From Candidatus Nanopusillus sp. (GTDB lineage: Archaea; Nanobdellota; Nanobdellia; Nanobdellales; Nanobdellaceae): a stretch of DNA of 32,000 nt. Position numbers and translations under genes: made by a program. A model generated the notes under the pieces. It worked only from the letters and a program-made list of their open reading frames with translations, searched no databases and was not told the DNA's origin. Shown piece after piece: positions 16,334 to 25,412 of this stretch (positions within the stretch are counted from its first letter, which is position 1; each line of letters starts with the position of its first letter). Location: assembly GCA_046533775.1 (NCBI GenBank), contig JAWDOO010000002.1, positions 1 to 32,000 of the forward strand. Direction: 5' to 3'.

Positions 16334-16951
16334 ATGGCATATAATAAAAAGTATGCTGATTGGAGTAAAAAAGTATGGATAGATATATATGCACCTGTAG
16401 AAATATTTAATGAAAATAAAATTGGAGAAACACCAGTAAATAAAGATAATATTGAAAATGTTATAGGAAGGACAGTAGATTTAAATCTCGCATTTGTATT
16501 GAATAATTTTAAATATCAGAACTATAAGGTTATATTTCAGATAAATAAAATATCGGGACTAAAAGCTTATACAGAAGTAAAAGAGATAATGTTATATCCA
16601 TCATATATAAGAAGAATAACTAGGAAAGGAACATCAAAGATAGAAGATTCATTTATAGTAAAAACAAATGATGGATATGATGTAAGAATAAAACCATTAG
16701 TTATTACAAGATTTAAAGCACATAGATCACAAAGAACTGAAATAAGAAAAGTATATAGAAAATATTTAGAAGAAAAAGTTTCTTCATTAAAATATTATGA
16801 ACTAATTGAAAAGGTGATAAATTATGATTTACAAAATGAAATAAAGCCAACATTAAATAAAATATTTCCTGTTAGTAATGTTGAAATAAGGAGAATAACA
16901 AAAATAAATCAAGTTAGACAAAAAATCCAACAAATAGTAGAAAATAAATAA
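16334..16951 (+). CDS. rps3ae: 30S ribosomal protein S3Ae (eS1)
   Basis: KKVWIDIYAPVEIFNENKIGETPVNK...GRTVDLNL matches the S3Ae N-terminal signature, and the 205-aa length fits. A TATA-like box lies about 25 nt upstream. Confidence 0.88.
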   Translation: MAYNKKYADWSKKVWIDIYAPVEIFNENKIGETPVNKDNIENVIGRTVDLNLAFVLNNFKYQNYKVIFQINKISGLKAYTEVKEIMLYPSYIRRITRKGTSKIEDSFIVKTNDGYDVRIKPLVITRFKAHRSQRTEIRKVYRKYLEEKVSSLKYYELIEKVINYDLQNEIKPTLNKIFPVSNVEIRRITKINQVRQKIQQIVENK

Positions 16952-18100
16952 TTATTTTTTAATTTCTATTAAAAATCCTTTAAGATAAGATAATTCTTTA
17001 TGCGGAAATATAACCTTATGATCTAAAGCTTGATTAAATTTGTATAATATTTCAAATTTCTTATTTTTTCTTCTTATTAATGTTCTAATTAATGAATAAA
17101 ATTTTCTTTCATTTAAATCTTGAGAACATGAAAATGTTATTAAATATCCTTCATCAATTAAATCTAAGGCAATAGAATTTATTAATATAAAACTCCTAAT
17201 TCCTTTTTCATAATTTTCTGCTAATAGATCTGGAGGATCCAATATAATTATATCAAATTTTCTTTTTTCTAAATAAAATTGTTTTAATATTTTATATGCA
17301 TTACCATTTATTACATTATAATTTTCTATATTATTTAATTTCAAATTTTTATATAACATACCAATTGACTCTTTATTTTTTTCAATAAAATATTTTTCTT
17401 CTCCATTAATAATTATACCAAAAGATCCTGAATATGCAAATACATCCAAAACTCTATCTCCATATAATTGGCTAACAATCTTTCTATTTTCTCTTTGATC
17501 TAAAAACCATCCAGTCTTTTGTCCCTTTAATATATTTATATAGAATTTTTTATTTACCTCTTCTATTTTAGTTTCATATTTATTTCCATAAATAAACCTC
17601 TCTATAGGTTTTAAATACGATCTTTCTCTTTGTTTTCCAATACTTTTTTCATAAATTGTAATATCTTTTCCATATATATCTATTAATGCATCCCTAATTA
17701 GATTAATATTTTTGTCAAAAAAAGCATTTGAATTTTGTATTACAAAAATATCATTATATTTATCTATAATTAAACCTGATAAAAAATCAGATTCAGAATA
17801 TATCAATCTATAATGATCTTTATAATTTATCGTTTTTTCTCTATATTCTTTTGCTTTCTTTATTTTTTCTTTTATCTCATTATATATATCTATATCTTCA
17901 TTATATGAAAATATTCTAATATAATGATATTGATCTTTTGGATTTATTATTCCCCAAGCTAAAAAATTATTATTATATTTTAATTTAACTAATTCGCCAG
18001 GTTCAGCCTCAATTTTTTTAATCCAATTTACAGAAAAAACCTGCCTTCCCTTTCTTATCTCTCTTTTTACCCTTTCTCCAACTTCAATTTCATATTGCAT
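16952..18100 (-). CDS. RlmI/COG1092-type SAM-dependent RNA (cytosine-C5) methyltransferase with an N-terminal PUA-like domain
   Basis: QKTGWFLDQRENR is the COG1092 hallmark. LDVFAYSGSFGI is the SAM-binding motif I and IILDPP is motif IV. Its stop abuts the rps3ae stop with zero spacer. Confidence 0.85.
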   Translation of the reverse strand: MQYEIEVGERVKREIRKGRQVFSVNWIKKIEAEPGELVKLKYNNNFLAWGIINPKDQYHYIRIFSYNEDIDIYNEIKEKIKKAKEYREKTINYKDHYRLIYSESDFLSGLIIDKYNDIFVIQNSNAFFDKNINLIRDALIDIYGKDITIYEKSIGKQRERSYLKPIERFIYGNKYETKIEEVNKKFYINILKGQKTGWFLDQRENRKIVSQLYGDRVLDVFAYSGSFGIIINGEEKYFIEKNKESIGMLYKNLKLNNIENYNVINGNAYKILKQFYLEKRKFDIIILDPPDLLAENYEKGIRSFILINSIALDLIDEGYLITFSCSQDLNERKFYSLIRTLIRRKNKKFEILYKFNQALDHKVIFPHKELSYLKGFLIEIKK

Positions 18101-19415
18101 ATTCTGTTGATAATATTAAATAATACAATCCTGAATTTATATGACCCATATTTATTAAATCTTTTCCAAATTGTAAATAATTATAGGAAGTTATAGAAAA
18201 TCCATATTTATTATAGTAATAATAATCTAACTGTTCTATTGCTTCTATAGTATCATTACTAACATAATTTGTACTATTTGCTATATAGAAGAAATATAAA
18301 TTGGATAAATAGTCCATTTTTTCAAAACAAGATAAATTTAATGGTAATTGATATTGATATAAATATTGCATTAGTGTATATTGTTGATCTATTAATGAAC
18401 ATTCATTTTCTTTATATATATTATCTGTTATTGGCAAAAATTGAGCCCAACCAATTGCAGAATAATATCTCCAATATGATTCTTGTAAATTATCCAAAGT
18501 TTCATTAGCATCTTCTAATCTTGATATAACTTGGTATTTTATTTCTTCACATTCATAATTTCCAAAACATTTATAATTATTTATATAATTATAAAAATCA
18601 TTTATATCTTGTTCTAATTCTTCTTCAGTTATATTTGGATAAAATTCTGGATTAGTAACTTTTTGTTCAAAACATAAACTTGCTGCTGTATAATAATCTC
18701 CTAAAGAAATATAATAATTTACAGTACTATTATTTATTCCACTACATATTTCATATGTTATATTTTTCATAACATCTATATAATCTTGAGGAACATTATA
18801 TGTATTATTAAATTGTTCTCCAAAATATATTTCTTCTAAATTAAGTATTGTATATACAGGAATTATTTTAGAATTATTATAATATGGAGCTACCATATAT
18901 GGGAAATATTGTAAAGTTGCATTTAATTTATATCTAATACCTTCAACTGGTGCTATTATTCCATTTGGTAACATAAAACCTGTAACTGGATAATTAACTA
19001 TTGCAGTTTTATTAGATAGAGCTTCTAAAATAAGTAATGTTAATCCAGCAGTACCTGAAAATCCTTCTGCAAACAATACATCATTTGAACTAAAATAGTA
19101 ATCATAATTATTACATATATTTGGATATATATTACATGCAGCATCTTTTGCAAATAAATATGATAAATCATAATCTTCATATGGTATTGGAGGAATACTT
19201 ACATACACTCTTCCAGAACCTGGAGATATTCTTAAGAAAAACTGTGTAACTTCTCCAGATAAATTATTTGATTGATTTAGAACTGCTGGAATGTATACTG
19301 AATATTCATTACTATATAAAAAATTAAATCTTTCACTATATAATAAAATTAATAGAAATCCTAATAATACTATAGATAATGCAATTAAGTAATATAATAT
19401 AATTCTTTTATTCAT
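18090..19415 (-). CDS. Membrane-anchored extracytoplasmic Lon-like (S16 fold, COG1750-type) serine protease with a Cys-rich C-terminal domain
   Basis: There is an N-terminal signal anchor (RIILYYLIALSIVLLGFLLILLY). IPAVLNQSNNLSGEVTQFFLRISPGSGRVYVSIPP and EGFSGTAGLTLLILEALSNKTAIVNYPVTGFMLPNGIIAPVEGIRYKL align with the Lon proteolytic domain pattern (GPSAG...TG.i..dG.v.pvgGi..K), including the Ser and Lys positions. There is no ATPase domain, and N-x-S/T sequons are numerous. The tracked start at 19424 is a TTG; ATG at 19415 is preferred. Confidence 0.55.
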   Translation of the reverse strand: MNKRIILYYLIALSIVLLGFLLILLYSERFNFLYSNEYSVYIPAVLNQSNNLSGEVTQFFLRISPGSGRVYVSIPPIPYEDYDLSYLFAKDAACNIYPNICNNYDYYFSSNDVLFAEGFSGTAGLTLLILEALSNKTAIVNYPVTGFMLPNGIIAPVEGIRYKLNATLQYFPYMVAPYYNNSKIIPVYTILNLEEIYFGEQFNNTYNVPQDYIDVMKNITYEICSGINNSTVNYYISLGDYYTAASLCFEQKVTNPEFYPNITEEELEQDINDFYNYINNYKCFGNYECEEIKYQVISRLEDANETLDNLQESYWRYYSAIGWAQFLPITDNIYKENECSLIDQQYTLMQYLYQYQLPLNLSCFEKMDYLSNLYFFYIANSTNYVSNDTIEAIEQLDYYYYNKYGFSITSYNYLQFGKDLINMGHINSGLYYLILSTEYAI

Positions 19416-19459
19416 TTTATTCAAAATATAGGAAATCTTTATAAATTTCTATTATACAC

Positions 19460-20302
19460 TTACTTTAAATATTTAATTAGTTCATTTAGATTTTTTAGAT
19501 AATTTTCTACTGTTTTTTTATTATATTTTATTCTTAAATCAATTTCAAAGTAATATATATTTTTATTGTTTATATTTATAGTTTCTTCATCTTTTAAACT
19601 TAAATTATAAGCATTATATTTTATTGCATATCTTTTAATTATATTAAAATTCTGTTCTATTATTTTTCTCGCCCAACGAAGATATTCTATATACTCAGAA
19701 TAAAAATAAATTTTTCCATAAAGATTAATTTTATCTATCTCTCCAATTAAGCCAAATTTTTGTGTCCTCTCTAATAAATATTGATATAACATTAATTGAC
19801 TTGAATTTATTTTTATTTTATCAAGAACTTTTTTAATTAAAACATAATCCTTTAATTCTTTTACATACTGGATAAAGCCAGTAAGATTAAAAGATTTTAC
19901 TTCAAAAATCTTTGCTTTATTATTCATATTACCTTCAAAACTTAATCCATCAGGCTCTCCAGCTATTAATATAGGATATCTATTATAGTATTCAATTGAT
20001 ATTAAATAATATCTCTTAGATTTTGTTGTTAATCTTAAAATTTTTTCAAAAAGACTTGCAAATTCTTTATTCTTATAATTCCAATGATATTCTTCAAATA
20101 TATTACTTCCTTTTTTATTGTATTTTTCAATAAGAAAAACTGTAGCTAATACAGGTATATTTTCATATTTCTTTTTTATATTATTTTTTAAAAAATCTTC
20201 TAATTTCTTTTGATATAAACTATCATAATTAGGATTATTCATTTTTATTTTTACGCTTTCTATTAAATTATCTAATGTTGTTACTATATAATAACCATAC
20301 AT
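19460..20302 (-). CDS. PD-(D/E)XK (Cas4/RecB-like) nuclease superfamily protein lacking the Cys cluster
   Basis: The motifs occur in canonical order: ILIAGEPDGLSF (GxxD), KIFEVKS (ExK) and SSQLMLYQYLL (QxxxY). The tracked ORF runs to 20407, but its first 35 codons overlap tRNA-Ser. The start is therefore reassigned to ATG at 20302 (MYGYYIV...), which has a TATA-like box at about -28 to -21. Confidence 0.55.
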   Translation of the reverse strand: MYGYYIVTTLDNLIESVKIKMNNPNYDSLYQKKLEDFLKNNIKKKYENIPVLATVFLIEKYNKKGSNIFEEYHWNYKNKEFASLFEKILRLTTKSKRYYLISIEYYNRYPILIAGEPDGLSFEGNMNNKAKIFEVKSFNLTGFIQYVKELKDYVLIKKVLDKIKINSSQLMLYQYLLERTQKFGLIGEIDKINLYGKIYFYSEYIEYLRWARKIIEQNFNIIKRYAIKYNAYNLSLKDEETININNKNIYYFEIDLRIKYNKKTVENYLKNLNELIKYLK

Positions 20303-20337
20303 AATTGTAGTAATAATTATAATTTTATAAAAATAAA

Positions 20338-20421
20338 CGCCGCGGGTGGGATTTGAACCCACGTCCCCTTTCGGGGAATGGATTAGCAATCCATCCCCTT
20401 GGGCCACTCGGGCACCGCGGC
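20338..20421 (-). tRNA. tRNA-Ser (anticodon GCU), class II with a long variable arm
   Basis: Folded by hand from GCCGCGG-TG-CCC-GAGTGGCCCAA-GGG-G-ATGGA-TTGCTAA-TCCAT-T-CCCCGAAAGGGG-AC-GTGGG-TTCAAAT-CCCAC-CCGCGGC-G. The anticodon loop is TT-GCT-AA and the discriminator is G. No CCA is encoded and there is no intron. Confidence 0.93.
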
Positions 20422-20444
20422 ATATTAAATTTTTTAAAAATTAC

Positions 20445-20453
20445 TATTTATAA
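20445..20453 (-). promoter_or_regulatory. TATA-box-like element (TTATAAATA) upstream of tRNA-Ser
   Basis: The box spans -32 to -24 relative to the mature tRNA 5' G. That is the same spacing seen between TATA boxes and ATG codons of the apparently leaderless mRNAs in this window. Confidence 0.5.
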
Positions 20454-20455
20454 CT

Positions 20456-20863
20456 TTAAGTTGATATATTATATTCTATATCGTATAAAACATTATCAAA
20501 TGTATATAATAATTGAATCAATGTATCATTTTCAATAATTATATTTTTTACATAGCATAATACTGATTGATTAGAATATATTATTTCATTTTCACATATT
20601 AAATTATATATATTCCCAGTTATATTTAATATAAAATTAGAAGTATTTATATATGGCAATTGATAATCAGTTATATTTAAATATAGAGTATTATTTATAT
20701 AATTTGTATTATATTGGTATGGATTTGGATAAAATGTTATATTTATTGGCATATTTTCTGAACTACTTATATTTTTACCAAACAATTTATAAAAAGCTAT
20801 ATAAAATATTACAAAAAATATTACTGTAATTACAATAAATGTTATTATATCTTCTTTTTTCAT
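20456..20863 (-). CDS. Small membrane-anchored, sequon-rich extracellular protein, function unknown
   Basis: An N-terminal TM helix (IITFIVITVIFFVIFYIAFY) is followed by an Asn/Tyr/Ile-rich region with about eight N-x-S/T sequons. Confidence 0.5.
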   Translation of the reverse strand: MKKEDIITFIVITVIFFVIFYIAFYKLFGKNISSSENMPINITFYPNPYQYNTNYINNTLYLNITDYQLPYINTSNFILNITGNIYNLICENEIIYSNQSVLCYVKNIIIENDTLIQLLYTFDNVLYDIEYNIST

Positions 20864-20898
20864 TAAAATTTTTTAAGAATAAAACTTAAAAAATATTA

Positions 20899-21105
20899 AT
20901 GAAAAAAATAAGAGTATTTATTGAAAGATATTATACTGAAAATAATATTGAATTTAATGGAAATAATGTAAGAGATTTATTAAATATGTTAAATTTAGAT
21001 CCTTCAAGATTTATTGTTGTAAAAAATGGAGAAATTGTAACAGAGGATGATATAATAAATGATGGAGATTATATAAAAATATTGGATTCTGTTTCTGGAG
21101 GATAA
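20899..21105 (+). CDS. ThiS/MoaD/SAMP-type ubiquitin-like beta-grasp protein with a C-terminal Gly-Gly
   Basis: It is 68 aa long. The pattern VRDLLNMLNLDPSRFIVVKNGEIVTEDDIINDGDYIKILDSVSGG matches the ThiS/MoaD family, including the diglycine end immediately before the stop. Confidence 0.65.
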   Translation: MKKIRVFIERYYTENNIEFNGNNVRDLLNMLNLDPSRFIVVKNGEIVTEDDIINDGDYIKILDSVSGG

Positions 21106-21136
21106 ATTTATAACATTTAAAATATTTCTCTATTTT

Positions 21137-22054
21137 ATGTATGACCCATTTTATTTAGATTATTATTCAATAATTAAAAAATATGAAAATCTTGAAGAAT
21201 TAGATTATAAAAAGGTATTAATATCTGGAATGGGAGGGTCTGGAATTTATGGAGATTATTCAAAACAAATATTAAATGATAGAGAAATAGTTGTTTGTAA
21301 AGATTATTTTTTACCAAAATTTATTGATAAGGATTGGTTAACAATATTTATATCATATTCTGGAGATACTGAAGAAACACTAAACTGTATGAACGAAGCA
21401 ATAAATAATGGAAATAAAATTATAGCAATTTCTTCTGGAGGAGAGATGGAAAAAATAGCTAAAGAAAAAAATTTATATTACATAAAAATTGATAATAATT
21501 ATCCAGCAACAAGATACACATTTCCAGTAATTTTAGGAATAATTTTATCAATACTAGATAAGAAAAAATATTATGAACTATTGGAAATATTAAAAAATTA
21601 TAGAGAAAGATTAAAAGATTTATCAATATTTGTAAATGATATAAAAAATCCAATAATGATTTATACTGATGTCAAACATGAACCTGTTGCTCTAGCATTA
21701 AAGATGCATTTAAATGAAGATGCAAAATGGTTCTCTGAATATGGAATAATTTCAGAATATAATCATCATGATTTAGAAGGTATATCAAAATTAAATATAG
21801 ATTTTATTTTATTGAAATTTAATTATTATGAAAGAATTGAATATAGAATTAATTATATGAAAGATTTATTGGAAATGTATGGAAATAATGTTCTTTTATT
21901 TGATTTAAGATATAGAAATTTAATGGAAGAACTAATTTTAGGCACATTATCATTAAGAACTTTTACATTAAAATTGGCAGAAAGGAATAATGTAGATCCA
22001 TATCATAGTAAAAACATTGCCGGACTAAAAGCATTTTTAAAAAATATTAAATAA
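21137..22054 (+). CDS. Bifunctional phosphoglucose/phosphomannose isomerase (SIS domain, archaeal PGI/PMI family)
   Basis: ISGMGGSGIYGD, ISYSGDTEETLN and IAISSGGEM are the conserved PGI/PMI family motifs. The 305-aa length fits. Confidence 0.72.
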   Translation: MYDPFYLDYYSIIKKYENLEELDYKKVLISGMGGSGIYGDYSKQILNDREIVVCKDYFLPKFIDKDWLTIFISYSGDTEETLNCMNEAINNGNKIIAISSGGEMEKIAKEKNLYYIKIDNNYPATRYTFPVILGIILSILDKKKYYELLEILKNYRERLKDLSIFVNDIKNPIMIYTDVKHEPVALALKMHLNEDAKWFSEYGIISEYNHHDLEGISKLNIDFILLKFNYYERIEYRINYMKDLLEMYGNNVLLFDLRYRNLMEELILGTLSLRTFTLKLAERNNVDPYHSKNIAGLKAFLKNIK

Positions 22055-22114
22055 GATTCTATTTCTGATTTTATTTGATGATAATTTTTTAACTTATAAA
22101 TCAATATTTAGTTT

Positions 22115-22678
22115 ATGGAATGGTATAATAAAGATGAAATGAAAAAGTTAATAAATAAGAAAAACTCTGTTCTTGTAGTATGGGATGTACAGGAAGCTCT
22201 AGTTAATTCAATATTTAATAAAGATGAATTTCTTACTAAACTCAAAGAATTAATAAATTCTGCCAGGCAATATAATATTCCAATAGTTTACACAAAGATA
22301 ACACCATTACCAGAAAGGTTTCAGCCTCCATACTTAAAAAGGAGATTTGATCCAGGCGATATAGTCAAAGAAATATATCCCAAAGAAAGTGATATAATAT
22401 TAAATAAAAACACGGCTTCTATATTTGTAGGGACTAACTTTGAGCTTATGTTGAGAAATGCTGGTATCAATGTAATTATTTTCACAGGAATTGCTACAGA
22501 TATTGGAATAGAGACATCGGCAAGACATGCCCAAGCTTTAGGATTTTTACCAGTAATAGCTAGAGAAGCTGTATCTTCATCTGATAAGCAAGCTCATGAA
22601 AGATCTTTAGCCAATATGAGTAAATTAATGTTAGTTCTAGACAACAAAGAAATAATAGAAAGGTGGAGTTCTGAATAA
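22115..22678 (+). CDS. Isochorismatase-fold (cysteine hydrolase family) protein with Gly at the canonical Cys position
   Basis: VLVVWDVQ (Asp), [20 protein letters not shown] (Lys) and [25 protein letters not shown] fit the family pattern G.atd.CV..Ta.dA. The Cys position is Gly131, codon gga at 22505-22507. Confidence 0.75.
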   Translation: MEWYNKDEMKKLINKKNSVLVVWDVQEALVNSIFNKDEFLTKLKELINSARQYNIPIVYTKITPLPERFQPPYLKRRFDPGDIVKEIYPKESDIILNKNTASIFVGTNFELMLRNAGINVIIFTGIATDIGIETSARHAQALGFLPVIAREAVSSSDKQAHERSLANMSKLMLVLDNKEIIERWSSE

Positions 22679-22755
22679 TCAAAATTTTTTAAATCATTTC
22701 AAATTCTTATCTTCCTTTCAACCCAATAAATATTAAAAAAGGGAAAAAATAATTT

Positions 22756-23646
22756 TTAAGAACTAATATACTTCCATGATAAAATTATACCAACTATAGA
22801 GAGAACTATAGCAAATACTATAAGATATATAAAATCTATTGCTAAGTTTGTTTGTATACCAAGTAGCATTCCCCTTATTATTGCATTTGAATAAGTTAAT
22901 GGATTTATTTCAGCAATTGGTTTTAACCAGGAAGGCATTGAATTTATAGGATAAAATGCATTGCTAGTAAATAGTAATGGTAAATTCAATAAATTCATAA
23001 CTGCCATTTGTGACTGCCATGAACTTGCTCTAATAGCTATCATCAAAAATAGGGAAGATAGTCCAAAGGACATTAAAAATAGAGCAGCATAAGCTCCAAG
23101 AAAGTCAAATATATTTATTCCAGGATAAAAGGACATTCCCAATAATACTGCAACAATTAAAACAATGGTAGCTTGTACCAAAGATCTAATTACTGAAGAT
23201 AATACTTTACTTATAATTATGTTACTCCTTGATACTGGAGTCGTTAAAAGTCTATCCAATACTCCCAATCTTCTATCCCATACCATTGACATACCACTTT
23301 GCATTGAAGTAAACAAAACTATAAAAGATAACATTCCAGCAGCCAGGTAAGAAAAATAATCTGTTGTTCCAAAAGTTTGTTTTAATATTTCTTGCCCAAT
23401 TTGATCAATTATATCTTTTGGTATATTCAATCCAGGTATTGAAAGAGTTGTACCTGAGAAAAGAGCCTGTAAGTTCATTGCTTTCCCAAAAAGTGCTATC
23501 CAAAATATTGGTTGTATAATAGATAATAAAAGGATTACTGGGGCTTTGTACCATTTCTTTAACTCTCTGTTTGTTAAAGTCCATAAACCATGAAAGGAAG
23601 ATCTATCTATATCTTCTTCTTCTTTCTTTTTTATTTCTGTAACCAT
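22756..23646 (-). CDS. ABC-2 type transporter permease
   Basis: It has six hydrophobic segments and an N-terminal TNRELKKWYKAPVILLLSIIQPIFWIALFG typical of the ABC-2/DrrB-like family. It lies 2 nt downstream of the ATPase gene. Confidence 0.8.
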   Translation of the reverse strand: MVTEIKKKEEEDIDRSSFHGLWTLTNRELKKWYKAPVILLLSIIQPIFWIALFGKAMNLQALFSGTTLSIPGLNIPKDIIDQIGQEILKQTFGTTDYFSYLAAGMLSFIVLFTSMQSGMSMVWDRRLGVLDRLLTTPVSRSNIIISKVLSSVIRSLVQATIVLIVAVLLGMSFYPGINIFDFLGAYAALFLMSFGLSSLFLMIAIRASSWQSQMAVMNLLNLPLLFTSNAFYPINSMPSWLKPIAEINPLTYSNAIIRGMLLGIQTNLAIDFIYLIVFAIVLSIVGIILSWKYISS

Positions 23647-23648
23647 CT

Positions 23649-24644
23649 TTATTCTCTAGCTCTTCTCAAAGTTCTTCTCATTGCAAATATTTCTTTAGAA
23701 TCAGCCTCTTCATCTCTCATTTTTCTACCTGTATATTCCATATAAACTTCATCCATTGTAGGTTCTGTTATTGACATCTTTAATACTTTTACACCACTTT
23801 TTATTAATCTTTCAAGAATTTTGGGAGCCATTTCTTCTCCATCCTTTACTTTTATCCTTAACATGTTATCAACTTTCTTTATATCAATTATACCATCAAG
23901 ATTTTGTAATAACTTTATAGCTTCATCATCATTTGAGGTATTTAAAGTAATTACATCACCACCTATACTTTCCTTTAATTCTTTAGGTGATCCTATAGCA
24001 AGTATCTTACCATGATCGATTATAGCTATTCTATCAGCATAAAGATCGGCTTCCTCTAAATAATGTGTAGTAACAAATATTGTCATACCATATTCTTTCT
24101 TAAGTTTTATAATATAATTCCAAATTGCACTTCTAGTTTGGGTATCTAAACCTATAGTTGGTTCATCTAAGAATAAAATCTTTGGTCTACTAATTAAAGA
24201 CATTGCTATTTCTAATCTTCTTCTCATTCCTCCGCTATATGTTTGTACTTTTCTATTCATTGCTTGAGTTAGTTCAACCATATCTAATAATTCCTTAGCT
24301 CTTTCTTTAGCCACATCTTTCTTTATACCATAAAGCCCAGCCATTAACATCATATTTTCCCATCCTGTCAAATCTTCATCAGCAGTGAATTCTTGAGGTA
24401 CTACTCCAATAGAGTTTCTTACTTTTGATGGTTCTTTAATTATATCATAACCATTAACTATAGCAGTTCCTTCAGTAGGTTTTAATATAGTAGTTAACAT
24501 TTTTATAGTGGTTGATTTTCCAGCACCATTAGGTCCTAGAAAACCAAATATTTCTCCCTCTTTAACTTCAAAATTTATATGATCAACCGCTACAAATTTA
24601 CCAAAAGCTTTAGTAAGATTTATTGCCTTTATTGCTTCACCCAC
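23649..24644 (-). CDS. ABC transporter ATP-binding protein (DrrA/CcmA-like exporter ATPase)
   Basis: Motifs present are Walker A GPNGAGKST, the Q-loop, the signature YSGGMRRRL, Walker B ILFLDEPTIGLD, and an H-loop TTHY. The start codon is GTG at 24644; there is no upstream in-frame ATG before a stop. Confidence 0.9.
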   Translation of the reverse strand: MGEAIKAINLTKAFGKFVAVDHINFEVKEGEIFGFLGPNGAGKSTTIKMLTTILKPTEGTAIVNGYDIIKEPSKVRNSIGVVPQEFTADEDLTGWENMMLMAGLYGIKKDVAKERAKELLDMVELTQAMNRKVQTYSGGMRRRLEIAMSLISRPKILFLDEPTIGLDTQTRSAIWNYIIKLKKEYGMTIFVTTHYLEEADLYADRIAIIDHGKILAIGSPKELKESIGGDVITLNTSNDDEAIKLLQNLDGIIDIKKVDNMLRIKVKDGEEMAPKILERLIKSGVKVLKMSITEPTMDEVYMEYTGRKMRDEEADSKEIFAMRRTLRRARE

Positions 24645-25067
24645 TTTTATGATTTTATCAATTTTCCTTAAAAGTTTTTCTATTTCTTCTCTATTATATA
24701 AAGTTGATTCTACATAAAATAAATTTTGTCAGATACCTTTCTAATATTTTAGACATTTAAACATAATAAAAATAAAAGAAAGGATTATATACTTTAATCT
24801 TTTTCTAATCTATTATAAGTCAACTTAAAAATAATAGTTCTTCCAGTAGAATATGGAAAAATTTTATATAACTATTAATGAATAAATAATAACCTAAGAG
24901 AACACAGAATATTGTAAATTTAAAATATGTTATAGATTTCTTATACCGACTACTAAGTTAAAAAACTCGAATTATTAAATCTTAAGTTACAAAGATTTTC
25001 CAATTTTGAGATTGAGAAATTTGTATGTAAAAAATTAATAAAAACTTTAAATAATTCAATTTAGAAC

Positions 25068-25412
25068 TTAATATTCTTCATATTTATCAATAAATTTTGA
25101 ATACCAATTTTTATATTCTTCTTCTGATATTATATGTAATTCTATAGGATCTTCTATACCTAATTTTTTATATATTTTCGCAGCAATTTCTGCTCTTTCA
25201 AAATTATCCTTAATATTTAGTAATATTATTAATACATCTATATCACTATCGATTCTATAATTTCCCTTAACAATTGACCCAAATAATATCACTCTACAGT
25301 TTTTATCTATTTCATTAATACAAATTTCTTTAATTCTTTTAACATATTCTCTTGCATTTTTTAATATTTTAATTCTTTCTTCCCACTTATTTTTAAAGTA
25401 TTCCAAGTACAT
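25068..25412 (-). CDS. Minimal nucleotidyltransferase (MNT) domain protein (HEPN-MNT module 2)
   Basis: RVILFGSIVKGNYRIDSDIDVLIIL matches the GSxxxG...DxD NTase signature. It overlaps the upstream HEPN gene by 20 nt. Confidence 0.85.
   Translation of the reverse strand: MYLEYFKNKWEERIKILKNAREYVKRIKEICINEIDKNCRVILFGSIVKGNYRIDSDIDVLIILLNIKDNFERAEIAAKIYKKLGIEDPIELHIISEEEYKNWYSKFIDKYEEY

Noticed and set aside
20303-20538. The N-terminal 35 codons of tracked ORF 19460..20407 (MAQGDGLLIHSPKGDVGSNPTRG...) and tracked ORF 20353..20538.
   Set aside because: Both are translations of the GC-rich tRNA-Ser gene at 20338..20421 and its flanks. The nuclease gene was re-started at ATG 20302.
22055-22114. 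CTGA followed by TGATGA in the PGI/isochorismatase intergenic region, considered as a second C/D box sRNA.
   Set aside because: Only one D-like and one C-like box are present, in the wrong order. No partner boxes occur at 12-13 nt spacing on either strand.
22115-24644. A visibly higher G+C stretch covering the isochorismatase-like gene and the ABC transporter pair, considered as a horizontally transferred block.
   Set aside because: Equally conserved core genes such as tpiA reach a similar local G+C (about 38-40 percent in spot counts). The rise is explained by Gly/Ala/Pro-rich conserved protein sequence rather than by atypical codon choice. CpG is not conspicuously enriched as it is in the orphan genes.
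24645-25067. The 423-bp non-coding gap between the ABC ATPase gene and HEPN-MNT module 2. It was scanned for CRISPR-like repeats, small RNAs and ORFs, and contains one start-less hydrophobic ~45-codon frame on the minus strand.
   Set aside because: I found no repeat-spacer periodicity, no box motifs and no start codon for the open frame. It probably combines a promoter region with eroded sequence.
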